This document shows, one piece after another, positions 1 through 12,700 of a stretch of 64,000 nucleotides of DNA (within the stretch, counting starts at the first letter, position 1; each line of letters begins with the position of its first letter). A program made the translations under genes and the position numbers. Source of the DNA: Sarea resinae (taxonomy: Eukaryota); contig JAPEUD010000010.1 in the NCBI GenBank assembly GCA_026026165.1, positions 248,001 to 312,000 of the forward strand, written 5' to 3'. Below the pieces are notes generated by a model. The model did no database searches and was not told the DNA's origin. It saw only the letters and a list, made by a program, of their open reading frames with translations.

Positions 1-212
1 ATACTACTACTGCTATCCTCGTAGACGACAGTGACACAACGTCACCGAGGGCTCGAGGCCGACCAAGATAAAGACGGCCTGCTCTTGTTCGACTCTTCGA
101 TCCATTCACACCCTCCCACCTTCACCCCTCATCTCCATCGTCCATCCATCCATCCTCGAGACATCTTCACGTCCGCATCGACGAACGACCGACCATCATC
201 TGAAACCACATC

Positions 213-1337
213 ATGGAGAGCATCAACAACGCCGCCAGTGCGGCCAGCAAGGCCATCTGGGGAGACAACACCCAATCCCAATCCGGCCAAGAGCCCGTGT
301 CTGGTCAGACCGGTGCCGGCACCACCAATGAGCCGTACGACGCGGGCAACACTGAATGTGAGCAGCCCATGCTTCTGTGGATGGATCACAACAATGAGCA
401 CACCACTAATGCGGACCATCACAGCCAACCCCAAACTGTCTGGCCTGACTGGCGCCGACGCCCGGCCCGACTTCAACACCACCCGCGACAGCAGCCACCT
501 CGGCAACCGCGAAGGCGGCAGCTATGGCGGTTCCACGAGCGAAGGTCCCTACTCCAGCACGACCTCCACCAAGACCGGTGGCGTCGACCCCACCACCACC
601 TCCACCAGCACCGGCGGTCCCAACATCTCGGGCCCTCCTCGACCCGAGCACGAAACCGACAAGACGGGTGTGACGGGTATCCACTCCAACGACCCTAAAT
701 TCGAAGACAAGCGCCCCACGGACGCCGATGGCCCCTCGACCTCGGAGCGTGGCCAGAGCAAGGCCCCCATCGGCGGTGTCGGTGCCGTGGAGCCTTCTGT
801 CGGATCGGACCCCGCCAGCGGCACCAAGCCGACCCAGAAACAGCAGGGTGCGGATCGTCCCAATGAAGAGCCAACGGGCGAGAATCTCGATGCTCTCAAA
901 GAGCGCAAGGAGACAGCCGACGAGAAAGTCACAGGCTCCGGCGATAGCGCTGGCCAGCCTCTAGGGGAGGGCAAGAGCTCCGGCGGAGATGCGGAAGACG
1001 GCCCGGGTGCGCCAAGCAAGGGTGAGGGCACGGGCGAGAAGTACGTCAAGAGCACCGGTCTGGCGGCCGATGGCGGTGACTTTGACGTCGCCAACCCTGG
1101 TGCCGGCCGTGAAGCCGATCGTTAGTGCTCCCACACTTTATTATCGTCATGATCACCACTGATACAGTTGCAATCACAGGCCTCCTGGAAGAAAAGGGCA
1201 TCCACCATACCGTCGAGCCACCAAAGGGCGGCGATGACGAGGCCGCGCACCCCAAGGAGAGCGGCAAGCCGGCCAAGGACAAGCCCAGCGTGGGCGACAA
1301 GATCAAGGGCAAGCTGCACCTGGGGAAGAAGGAGTAG
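213..1337 (+). CDS. Hydrophilic Gly/Thr/Ser-rich fungal protein of unknown function (stress/hydrophilin-like); 3 exons: 213-357, 425-1120, 1180-1337
   Basis: ATG at 213 (MESINNAASAASKAIWG). Introns 358-424 (GTGAGC...CTAAT...CAG) and 1121-1179 (GTTAGT...CAG) join three ORF-track frames in phase. Contains TGEKYVKSTGLAADGGDFDVANPGAGREADRLLEEKG and ends DKIKGKLHLGKKE. Confidence 0.8.
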
Positions 1338-1865
1338 ATGGATTGCTACCTGGCCTTGTTCTTTCTGCACATGTTTTCCTATCCTATAATGATGTTGATG
1401 CCAGCCACCCACAATGAAAACCTTTTTCCTCTCTCTTGAAGTTTTCTCCGCCGACGGACGGAGGATCTCTGTATTACTAAATCTCCAATCGAATGCTCGA
1501 TTGAAATTTCACTGAGCACGATGTGACCAAGTCTTTGGCCCTCGGGCTGCCATGCGGCCGTGAAATCAATGTCACCCTACTCTCTACTCTTCAACCATCT
1601 ACCATACGGGTCCCCTCCCGCCTATCATGGCGTCTTCTAAACCAGGTCAGCGCAACGGCACAGCACAGACTCTATCCATCTCACCTCCCTATCACCCCCC
1701 TCCATCACTCCTCCACCATAGACATACAGCCACGAGACTGTTGTAAGACATACAAACATTACCATTACCATTACCATTACTCCCCATACGCCGATTATAC
1801 GCGGAATCATTCGAAGCGGACTTCCTTCGCGGATTTTTGAGGATAATGATTTCGAGTCCGGTCGC

Positions 1866-2918
1866 CTAGACAGACTCGCTGGCGGCCGTCGTCGCGACGA
1901 CCTTCTGAACCACTTCATCCAGATCCTCCCCTCCCAAGCCCAAAAGCTCGTTCGCAAAATCCTCCTTGCCCGACCAATCCGCCTCCAGCAGCCCCAGCAC
2001 GCCAACAAGCTCCTCCTCGGCCGCCTGCGCATTATTCCCAGGATCCCTCTCCATCTCCGCCTTGAGCTTTTCAATATACGGCCCGGACTCGACCTCCTCG
2101 ACCCGCCACGCCCCCCTCGTCGTCGTCGTCGTCTTCGCCGTCGCCGTCGTCGTCGCCGTCGCCTTCTCCAACGACGCCAACACCTCGTTCTGCGTCGTGC
2201 AGAAACTCTGGATATACAGCATGCGATTCCTGGTCTCGGCCTCGTGGCGCAGGACCCCGACGACGGCCCGCCCGACCGCCTCGAGCGTCGTGGCCGACCA
2301 CCTGCCATGCCCGCCGTCGAACACCTTGGCCTTCTTGGCGCCGCCCATCTCAAACCCCAGAAGTCCAGTCCGCAGCCCGTAGTCGAAGAAATGGCCACAC
2401 ACGAGACTGGTCCACGAGAACCCCGTGTCGTCCTCCCCCTCTCCCTCTCCCTCCTTCTCCCCCGCTGCCGCCGCCGCTGCCGCCAGCGTCCGCAAATGCG
2501 CCCGCACCCTCCCCTTGGCGCCATACAGCGGCACCAGCGCCGCCGCGCGCGCGCTCCTCGAATCACAGCTGCCAAAGTCCGCGGGCACGAAGCGCCGCAC
2601 GCCCGCGCGCGCCGCGGCGTCCGCGAGCCGCATCTGCAGGTCCGCGAGCGCGCCCGAGACGGCCACGATGAGCGCGTCGCAGCCGCGCAGACAGCGGACG
2701 AGTTCGTCGACCGAGGGGTCCGGGGAGATGAGCGTGGTGCGGACGCTGGAGGGGTAGGTGGGGTTGGAGGCCGAGGAGGCGCGCGAGAGCACGGTCACGT
2801 TGAATTTGTGGGGGGAAGCTGGGGCGGAGAGGAGCGCGGTCAGGATCGCGGGGCCCAGGTGGCCGTTGGCGCCGATCAGCGCGATGTTTTGCAGTGGTGG
2901 TGGTGGTGGTGGTGGCAT
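1866..2918 (-). CDS. NmrA-like / isoflavone-reductase-family NAD(P)-binding oxidoreductase, single exon
   Basis: N-terminal Rossmann motif IALIGANGHLG, plus DAAARAGVRRFVPADFGS and WTSLVCGHFFD, typical of NmrA/PIP-family atypical SDRs. Confidence 0.85.
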   Translation of the reverse strand: MPPPPPPPLQNIALIGANGHLGPAILTALLSAPASPHKFNVTVLSRASSASNPTYPSSVRTTLISPDPSVDELVRCLRGCDALIVAVSGALADLQMRLADAAARAGVRRFVPADFGSCDSRSARAAALVPLYGAKGRVRAHLRTLAAAAAAAGEKEGEGEGEDDTGFSWTSLVCGHFFDYGLRTGLLGFEMGGAKKAKVFDGGHGRWSATTLEAVGRAVVGVLRHEAETRNRMLYIQSFCTTQNEVLASLEKATATTTATAKTTTTTRGAWRVEEVESGPYIEKLKAEMERDPGNNAQAAEEELVGVLGLLEADWSGKEDFANELLGLGGEDLDEVVQKVVATTAASESV

Positions 2919-3289
2919 CGTGGCGTGCGGAGATGAGATGAGCTTTCTTCTACTGGATTCGGTTTCCTAGGCGGTCGTGTCACGTACGGAGTGGAGTGTT
3001 ATAGGCCTTCGGCGGCACGGTTGGAGAAACTTCAAGACGAGGTGAGGTGGGTTTTGTGGTGGTTATTGTTATCGTTGTTGTCACTGAAGGGATTGTACAA
3101 TATACTGACTGACTGACAAGCAGAAGGCGTGAGCCGAATATTATATATAGTATATATATATATATATATAGCTTTATGTACTGTGTCTCGGTTACACACC
3201 AACAATCACAACTCAGCACAACAATCATGCGCAAAGAGAAGCTTTCCGTCCCGTAGTGGTTGAGACATTATTCAGTATATAGTACAGTT

Positions 3290-4562
3290 CTAAATCGTCT
3301 TCCGTCGGAATGCCCAATACGCACTCCACGGCAGCCGCCACTCCCGCTTGCGCAAGCGCGGATCGAACACGTCGAAGTCGACCTTCTGCAAGCGCTGCAG
3401 CCACAGACTGGTGGAGACCACGGGCATCAGGACGCCGAAGCCGCGGTCGACTTCCGCTTTCGGCGAGTTGGACTCGGGCCGGGCGGAGGCGGATCCCTCG
3501 CCATGATGATCATCTTCGTGGTACTGGTGGCCCTCGTCGCCGGCGTGCTCGAAGGCGTGGTCGATGTCCTGGCCCGCGCGCACGTTCCGCAGCATCTCTC
3601 GCGCCGTGATCAGGTGGTCGTTCGCCCGCGTGGCGACTGTGAAGACGGCGTCTCGCAGCCCCGGGGCCGTGCCCGCTTCGCGCAGGACGGCTTCTTCTTG
3701 GACGCCGGCCGTGGCCATGACGTCCAGGGGGAGTGTGACGGCTCCTTGGCGACTGCTGCTGGGCAGGGAGCCGCCAAGGCCAGATGTATTGGAGTGATGG
3801 GGCGGTGGAGCAGGAAAGGCAATGAGGGGGAGGCCGCGCAGGACGGCGGTGATGCCGGCTGCCTTGCCGATGTGCGAGGCGAGGTGGTCGGTCGTTAGGG
3901 AGGTGAGGGGTAGGGCGGAGAGCGTCAAGTAAAGGAGAGTCGAGTACGTGTTCTCGGCGTAGGATTCCAGCGACTCGAGGGTCGGATAGGGGGAGTTGTG
4001 GAGTTGTTTCTCACGGGCGGAGATGACGCGCTGGAACCAGTGCTGCGAGAGGGTTGTTCTTCGGCCCGTACGGTCGGCGAGGTCTGAGAGCGCGTGCGCA
4101 AGTAGGATGACAATGGGTTCTTTTCGGGGAGTGCCGGCGAAGGAGGACCGGATGGCGTCGCGCCAGAACTGCATGCGCATGGCGCCGATGGTCGGGTTAG
4201 AGACGGTGTCGGGGATGAGGGAGAGCTCGATGTTGAAGGCACGGATGGCGAAGTAGGCGTCGAGGGCGGAGGGCGGGATGAAGGTGTGCAGGGTGTAGGA
4301 TGGGGAGTCGTATTTTCTGCACCGATTATCAGCCACTGAAAAGGATCGATCGACGTATTTGATCCCGAGCGTACTGGATCAGATTAATGCAGTATGCCCT
4401 TGCGCCGTCGACTTCGCGCTGCGCGGCACCCTGCGAGGCACCCGCTGTGGAGCTTGTGCTGTAGAGTAGAGAGCGGCCATATCTGCTGCATGGCAACTTT
4501 CTTGACGGAGTAGACCTCTGGGCGAGGAGTCTTTTGTGTGATCGAGTGCAATGGCAGTGCAT
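3290..4562 (-). CDS. NDUFAF6: NADH:ubiquinone oxidoreductase complex I assembly factor 6 (squalene/phytoene-synthase-fold); exons 4562-4375 and 4316-3290
   Basis: Arg/Ser-rich presequence-like N-terminus, then AYCINLIQ|KYDSPSY, AIRAFNIEL, MRMQFWRD, LESYAENTYSTLLY, HIGKAAGI. Intron 4374-4317 (GTACGC...GCAG) restores the frame. Confidence 0.85.
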
Positions 4563-4905
4563 GGTCGAAGATGGCAAGGACGTGTTCGGGAGAGGTTGCT
4601 GGCAAGTCGTAGATGAGGATCGCAAAGCTCAGAGTGATCGCATTGTTAATCTGAAAAGGTGAAGAGGTAGAAGTCCAGAGCCAAAGGGAGAAGGATCTAG
4701 AGAAAAGAAGATGAAATGTCTATACACAGATGATGAATTGGATAATGAATTGAGTAAAAGGGGCCCTTGGATGCCATATGTCTGCCGGGTGAAGCTCGTA
4801 GTATTGACGTCGACTTTGGCGATTCGAGATCAATATTGGTGTAGCTTCGTAGATCTGTTTGGGACAAATTGAAGCAGCCTCGTTAGTCAGCAGATTGCAA
4901 TATCG

Positions 4906-4935
4906 TCGCGTCTTCCATCGCGTAATCGCGCGCGT
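4906..4935. promoter_or_regulatory. Cluster of MCB-like (CGCG-core) elements in the NDUFAF6/RAD5 divergent promoter
   Basis: TCGCGT at 4906-4911 and 4918-4923 and TCGCGCGCGT at 4926-4935, about 115-145 bp upstream of the RAD5 ATG. MBF/Mbp1 sites are typical of fungal DNA repair genes. Confidence 0.5.
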
Positions 4936-5048
4936 TTACCCGGAGCCTGGATATCGCCGCCGTGGGAGCTTTAGGGGACAAGCATCTCACGCTGGACGAC
5001 ACCACCATTCACCAATGTGGCCCTCTCGCCGTGCCATTTCCTTTCATC

Positions 5049-8000
5049 ATGAGCCATGGAGACATTGAGGAGCGGCCAACAAAGAAGCGCCGATTCTTTG
5101 CAGAGGACTCGCCCACACCGGAGTCGCCCCAATCGCCTCAGTCGCATCAGTCGCCCCAGTCGTTGTCGGCTGATGATGCTCTAGATGGCGAGGCAACGTC
5201 ACTGGACGATATCAACGCGTTGCCCGAGGCCCCGCTAGGAGAACAGAGCGCTTCCAATGTCAATCCTGCCGACTCCTTGGACTCAAACGCCGTAGAGGCC
5301 AATTTAGATGGAACGAGTAGGGACCCGTTGCGGGCTCAGCCCGAAAGCTCTGGCGGATTTGACCAGACACTCTTCGCTAGCTTCGTTGGCGAGGAAGTGG
5401 CCCCCGAGACCATGGACAAAATACGGGATGTTTCGGGAGATAATATGGAGCGAGGTATACACTGCAGACTCGAATACGTGAACTTGATGCTAAATCACTT
5501 ATGCTCATAGCTATCAATCTCTATTTCGATGGCTCTTGGAAAACTACCGCCCCCGCGCCTCCAAGGACCAATTCAGTCGTGCCTGGCAGCTTACCCGGGC
5601 AGAGCACTTTGACGTTTTCCAGACAAAACAGCCGAGACAGTCCAGCACAATCTCCCAACGTGTCAACACCCGATCGCTCGATTCCGCGAGACAAAATTCC
5701 GCCATGGAGGTACATTGGGGCCTTCGGAGTAGGCGCTTGGGCGACGAGGAGTGGTACCAACCTTATCCAACATGGAGAGGCTGTCAAGATTGAGCGGACG
5801 AAAATCCAACCACCAAAGCCGAAGCCTGTCAAGGGAGGCAAGGCAAAAGGGGCAGTCGCCAGCTCTCCTCGTATCGTCAATAAGCGTGGGGATATCATTG
5901 TTCGGTTTACGAATTCAAGGGGCGAGGAAGTTGGGAGGTTACCAAAAGAAACAGCCGCTTGGGTGTCAACCCTCATCGATCAAAAGGTCTGTAGGTTTGA
6001 GGGCACTTGCGTCTTCGTGCCGGACCGTCTACGCACAAATGACACTGTTTATCTGCAATTAAGATGTTTTTTGTTAAGGAATGCTTTTGAAGCCGGCTCG
6101 TTCGTCAAACCACTTGATAATAATCGCACCACTGGCTTATTTGAGGCCAAGGAAACCGAGGACGAAAAAGACCTACGCCTTCGTCAGGTAGGGCTCGTCA
6201 AACTGTTCGAGGAAGTCAATCTACTCCCCTCGAAAACCAACGAAACGACAGAGAAACATAAAAGACAGGGTTTGCTACAGGCAGCCGAAGTGGCGGAGCA
6301 ATACAACAAGGAAGATCAGCCCAGGAAAGGGTCCGAGAATGGTGCCTCGTCCCCACCAGCTTCTGATGATCAAGAGGAGGGCAAGGAACTGGAGCAAGAT
6401 CAATTGGACTCACTGTATCAGAAGGCGCAATCGTTTGACTTTGATACCCCCACTGCGGAACCGGCCGAGACATTTGCAATGGATTTACGAGAATACCAGA
6501 AACAGGCATTGTATTGGATGATGGGAAAGGAGAAAGATGAACAAGCTGAGAATAAACGCACTTCGATGCATCCTCTTTGGGAAGAGTACATTTGGCCTGT
6601 CAAAGACGTTGATGATAAGGAACTTCCGACGGTTATGGGACAGGAAAAGTTCTATGTGAATCCCTATTCTGGTGAACTTTCGCTAGACTTTCCCGTGCAG
6701 GAACAGAACTGCTTGGGCGGGATTCTAGCCGATGGTGAGTTGAGAAGATGGAGAGCAAAACTCGCCAGTGCTGACAGTTGCAGAAATGGGACTAGGAAAA
6801 ACGATAGAAATGCTCAGTCTGGTTCACTCTCATCAATCAGATGTTGCCCTGAGAGCTACAAAGCAAGCCGCTTCGTCTGTGAACGGATTACCCAGACTAC
6901 CAAAAAGCTCCTCTTCGGTCGAACATGCACCTTGTACTACCTTGGTGGTCGCACCTATGTCGCTGCTCGCACAATGGGAAAGTGAGGCGGAGAATGCTTC
7001 GAAACCTGGAACGCTCAAGACTCTTGTCTATTATGGCAGTGAAAAGATTGCCAACCTTCAGCACCTCTGTTGCGAAGCCAACGCCGCGTCAGCTCCCAAC
7101 GTCATCATCACGAGCTACGGTGTGGTCCTTTCCGAGTTCAATCAAGTTGCTGCCAATAACGGCAACCGTGGCTCTCATGGCGGAATCTTCTCTCTGAACT
7201 TTTTTCGAGTCATCCTTGATGAAGCTCACCATATCAAGAACCGGCAATCAAAGACTGCCAAAGCTTGTTATGAAATCAGTGCGGACCATCGATGGGTACT
7301 GACTGGGACGCCGATCGTCAATAGGCTAGAGGATCTATTCTCGTTGGTCCGTTTCTTGAAAGTGGAGCCTTGGAGCAACTTTTCCTTCTGGAAGACTTTC
7401 ATCACCGTCCCATTCGAGTCCAGGGATTTCATAAGAGCCCTCGACGTCGTCCAAACAGTCTTGGAACCTCTAGTCCTGAGAAGAACTAAAGACATGAAAA
7501 CACCTGACGGGAAAGCCCTTGTCCCACTACCACCTCGAAATATCGAGATCGTCGAGATCGAACTCTCAAAGCAAGAAAGAGAAGTCTACGACCACATCTT
7601 CACACGTGCTAAACGCACCTTCGCCGCGAATGTCGAGGCTGGCACAGTCATGAAATCTTACACCACCATCTTCGCGCAGATTTTGCGACTCCGCCAATCA
7701 TGCTGTCATCCGCTCTTAACACGCAATAAGACCATTGTCGCCGAGGAAGAAGAAGCCGCTGCTGCCGCAAAAGAACTCAATGGTGGTCTGGCGGACGATA
7801 TGGACTTAGAAGAGCTTATCGCGCGCTTCGAAGCCGCCGATGAAGATGATGCAGACGCCAACAAGTTTCCTGCTCACGTCCTCAAGCAGATCCAAGATGA
7901 AGCCGACAATGAGTGTCCCATATGTGCCGAAGAACCCATGATCGAGCAGACCGTCACAGGATGTTGGCATAGCGCTTGCAAGAAATGTCTGTTGGGGTAT

Positions 8001-8831
8001 ATCGAACATCAGCAGAAAAAACACCCAGACGCGCCCCCTCGCTGCTTCAACTGCCGCGAACCCATCTCTCCGCGTGACGTCTTCGAAGTCGTCCGGCACG
8101 ACCACCTCAGCCCTTCCTCACTCTCCCCAACACAACACCCTCCCATGTCTCTTCGCCGCATCTCCACACACAACACCTCGGCCAAAATCGCCGCGTTGCT
8201 CACACATCTCAAACGGCTCCGGCGCGACCACCCTGAAGAGAAAGCAGTAGTCTTCTCACAGTTTACGTCGTTTCTAGATCTGCTGGAGCCCGCACTCAAA
8301 AGAGACCATATCGGGTTCCTGCGACTCGACGGCAGCATGGCGCAGAAAGCGCGCAAGGACGTGCTCAGTGCTTTTGCCGAACGGCCATCGCCCCGCAATC
8401 CCCAGCCCGATGCCCTCTCTGCCCAGACGCAGGAGCAAGAGTCCGTCTCGCTCTCACCTCCTCCGCCGGCGAAGCCAAAACCACCACCACCACAGAGCAA
8501 ACCGCACGTCCTCCTCCTCTCGCTGCGCGCCGGCGGCGTAGGACTCAACCTGACGTCCGCCTCGCACGTCTTCATGCTGGACCCATGGTGGTCCTTTGCA
8601 GTCGAGTCGCAAGCCATCGACCGCGTGCATCGCATGGGCCAATCTCGCCCCGTACACGTGTACCGCTTCATCGTCGCCACCTCGGTCGAGGAGAGGATGT
8701 TGAAGGTCCAGATGAGGAAGCAGGCCATTGCGGGGGCGCTGGGCATGATGGGCGAGGGAGCCGGTGGCAAGGAGGGCGAGGAGGAGAGGCGGAAGAGGAG
8801 GATCGAGGATATCGGCGTCTTGCTCTCCTGA
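5049..8831 (+). CDS. RAD5: DNA repair protein Rad5 (HIRAN + SNF2 helicase + RING); exons 5049-5454, 5511-6734, 6785-8831
   Basis: HIRAN-like IVRFTNSRGEEVGRLP, Walker A GGILAD|EMGLGKT split by an intron, DEAH box ILDEAHHIKN, RING CPIC...CWHSAC..C...CFNC, and helicase motifs VFSQFTSFLD, LSLRAGGVGLNL, QAIDRVHRMGQ. Confidence 0.95.
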
Positions 8832-9790
8832 GTTTGTTTTTTGTCTCCCCTTTTCCTCTGTGGATGAGAAAGAGGGGGGGTTATTGCTTTCTTTGCTGCT
8901 TGACTGAACCCTGGGTTGCTTCTACACGGTAGACCTAGCTTGACTTCTAGAAGAATCCCTGGCGACCGGAAGAAGAGAATGTAGGATTATAGAGCTTTCA
9001 CAACTGCCATTCTTCAAAGCATACTTCACTATATATCAAAAGCTGCAATTTTACTTGGCGAGCCCCGAGGGAAGAGGTGAAGACAATAAGGCATACTCTC
9101 ATGATTTTATTACAACATCCAAGCGAAAAGTATATCTGCAAAACCTATCCTTCTGCAACCACCCTCTATCTACCGGTCTCTCAAGTAAAGCACCTTTTCC
9201 ATCTCTATCTGTGCTATCTGCTATCTGGCCGTGAGTTTCGGTTATCTCGTCAACTCTAAAGATAGCTATGAAATAGAATAGATGCAGTCACTAGATATAT
9301 ATATACAATAAGCTTCTGTAACATTAAAAGGCGTGCTTGTTTTTTTTTTATTATGTCTTTCGTTCGGTAATTCTACTGTATTTCACGTTCTACTATCCCT
9401 ACTAGCATTAATGCCGGCGACATCATGCTCGAGCTCGAGGTCCTACACAGATACAGCAGGCTATTCTGACCAAAAAAAAGATGTTAAAATGAAATTCTTT
9501 GGCTAGGAGAAATCTGGTAGAAAGTCCCGTCTTCCTGCAACTGCACAAACAATGAGGGCTAGCTTTATTCGCGGTTCATTCGACCTAGGATGGCGATGAA
9601 CGCCTTGTTGCCTGTTCTTCCATTGGAGAGCTAGCAAAGGGACCGTACAGCAGTAGAATATACACTTCAGACCAATCTATCTGACAGGCTTTTGAACGCC
9701 AGAAGACTTTTCAATAGATAAACCAAAAAACAAGGCAGATGAAGGCAAAGTACAGGGGCACGGAAGAAAGTCTTGCCCACCGACCTATTC

Positions 9791-12700
9791 TCAGGCATAG
9801 GCGGCCCAACCTTAGAAAAAGCACGTCAGTCAATTGGCTATTCAATTGCTCTGCAGAGCATGGCCAGACGAATCTATACGTACCGCAATAAAGCACAGCC
9901 AGGTTCCGCTCATCACTAGCTTGCTGAATAAGCTCGTTCACTGTAGCCGTGACGCTCAAGCTCTTGGACAGCTTCTTGGCAACGACGGTCAGGGCACGAT
10001 CTGCTTCACCCTGTTCGTTCTCTTTATCCTTTGCCGCATTATGATTGCCGCCTGCCGAAACCGCCTCGGCGCCCTCGGGTTCCGGTGCCTCGCTTTGGGC
10101 CTCTTGCATTTTTTTGATCCTGAGCGGCGAGAGAGTCCAGTTATGGAGAGGGTCATAGCGAAGAACGTCAAGGATGGTCATGATACTGTACGATTCCGTA
10201 CGAAGTGCATCAAGTGTGAACTCGCAACAGCGTCGAAACACCCCCTCGGTCTTGGTAATGCCCATACCGTCAACAATATCGCGTGTCAGCCTGAATGGTA
10301 CAACCTCCGGGACTGGGAGTACTCTTCCTGACTCGAATGCTACGCCGAGGTCGATATGTACTACCTCTCCCGTCTTTTCGTCCAAGAGAATATTGTGGCC
10401 ATGTCGATCGCCCAATCCAAGGACATGGCCTAACATGGAGATTGCAGCGGTACTACGGCTATATGCAAGCCTCTTCTCAAACCAATCGTCCGGATTGTTG
10501 AAAAGCTCCATAAAGAAATACCGCATGACGGGAGTAAACCGCTCGGTGACAAGATGATACGCCTTGACGCGAACATCGACAGACTTGGATTGTACATCGG
10601 CAATGCTTTTTCGGCAGACGCTCGGTTTTAGATCTTTTGGATGGTGTTTTTGATGAGCTGGCATCAAGTAATCATGGAGAGCGATCGTATCTGAGACAAA
10701 TTCGATGATACCGGCCTTTGAATTCAGCGGAACAACTTTATAGGTTCGAATGTGTAGGTCCCGTTGACGCGTGGATCGATGATTTTGAAGTAAGTCGCTC
10801 ACTTGCTCAAAGACCTGCTCCATAATGCAGTCCTGTCGGAGATCGTCATTGCTACCTTTATACTAGATTCGACGTTAGCAGCAGCGTCTACTACGGCAGC
10901 AAGGTCTGGCTTACTATCTGCTTATAACTCATACCATCCGATCCGAAGGCAGTGACCTTTTTGGGCGTACTTACGCCGGTCAAGACTGTCATCTCAGGAT
11001 GGAATTTGCGAATAAAAGGGAGATCGCTATAGTCACAATCCGGCCTAACCATAATCTTCATTGTCGGTGGAGGAATTTTATGAGTCTCGATACTCTGCAC
11101 TAGACTCTTTCCTGAAGATGTATGGTTCAAGGCAACTTTAGATCCCTGTTTGTAAATACTGCTGTCGAGCTTGTCAATTGCAAATTTGATGAAAAATAGA
11201 TTAGTATTGTGGATATTCCGCCAAATGCGACCGGCTCTCTCATGAACTTTGAGGCGCTCTGCTATCTTCGATGCTGCCGTGCTCCTGGCAGCCGCAGTCT
11301 CATCATCGCCAGGCTTTGTCCTTGTGATCGCAAAGATCTGATACATTCCATGATAGGGATGATCAACGCAAACTCTGAGGACCAAAGCTGATAGCAACGA
11401 TTGGAAAGATTCGGATGTATCTAATAGCCGCGAGGTTAATTGATTCATTAGTGGCGCGAATCTCCGACTAGGGACTCTTCCAATATACTTTGACACGGCA
11501 TCATTGGCCAAAGTGCTATTAGAATTCTCCAGCCACAGTGCACAAAATCGTAACACATCGTTATTGAATGTCTCACAGGCCTGCAGCGACAAGAGGTAAT
11601 TTTCAAGACTCTGTCGGAGGAACGACTGACGGCTGTTGTAGATCCGTTGGAACTCTCGGTCATCCAACTCAAACCACTGCTTTGCTCTTGCTCGATGCCT
11701 TCGGAGATCATCTCGTGAACTTGACGTGGACTTCTTAATCATCTTTTCGAGATCACGGACCTCTGCCTCTTTGCGTTGCCGAAGTCCCTGAATTCGCTGA
11801 AAATCTTCCAAGTTATCCTGATTCTGCAATTGCTGGTCGCAAAAAGACGCAAACTCATGAAAAACCTGCCCAGCTTCGGCTCCTTGGGAGACGCCTTTGA
11901 GCTCCTGGATAGCCGGGCTAAGATAGTGGCGGATTATTTCATCGGGTCTTTCCAGACGTGCCTCGGCGATTTGATGGCCCTTCACGAACCATGAGCGCAT
12001 GAACAATTTACATATAGATAGGGGATGGCTTACTAATTTTGACAAAAGCTCGGCCTTTCCTATTTGAATTGATTGTTTTGCAAAATCAGTAGAACCTTCT
12101 ATCGCTTGAAGCATCCTTATAGATGCAATCATCTCGCCCTGATCCCACAGAACACTCGCTTCCTCGTGATGAATAGCTGCACTAACATTGATGCCTAGAG
12201 TTTGGCAAGGTGCAATCATCTCAGATAGATATGACGCGGTCACCAAGGAATTCTGCAGGGCACCATGGCTTCTGCTCATCTTGGACGAGTGCAAAAGAGC
12301 TTCAACCTCAGTATGACGAGCATCTCGCGGACTGACTCGAACAAGTTTCTGAAGATGATAACGGCGGCTCAACGTACTGAACAAAGTTTCCCGAGATGAC
12401 ACAATTTGGGACACATCTTCAAACCTAGACTTTATTAGCACTTTCTTTTGGGTTTATTATACAAAATATTTACCGTCCAGTGAGCATCCAAGCGCTTCGC
12501 GATTGCATCTGTGACCATACCTCCTTAAGCTGATCCATACTTTGGGATGTGATGGTTTCGTCAATCTCAGTAAGGACAGCCAGCGATCTGAGCCAAGAAT
12601 GCAGAGAGGAGCCTGTCTGGTTCGTCGTGGTCAACCGCTCCATGATAGCAAGGAGACCATCATCTACTGTACGAGACATAATCACCGGATCCGCGCTACT

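Noticed and set aside
31..1125. 364-aa ORF starting at GTG 31
   Set aside because: It is the exon 2 frame read through upstream sequence. The ATG 213 spliced model has canonical introns and a more plausible N-terminus.
1637..2936. Multiple long overlapping and antisense ORFs over the NmrA gene (also over RAD5, CYP8, PIG-Y-like and NDH-2)
   Set aside because: These are shadow ORFs expected from GC-rich codon usage and have no recognisable motifs.
3290..4562. Phytoene/squalene synthase suggesting a terpenoid or carotenoid gene cluster with the NmrA gene
   Set aside because: It lacks clear DDxxD catalytic motifs, has a mitochondrial-type presequence and matches NDUFAF6. The neighbours are housekeeping genes.
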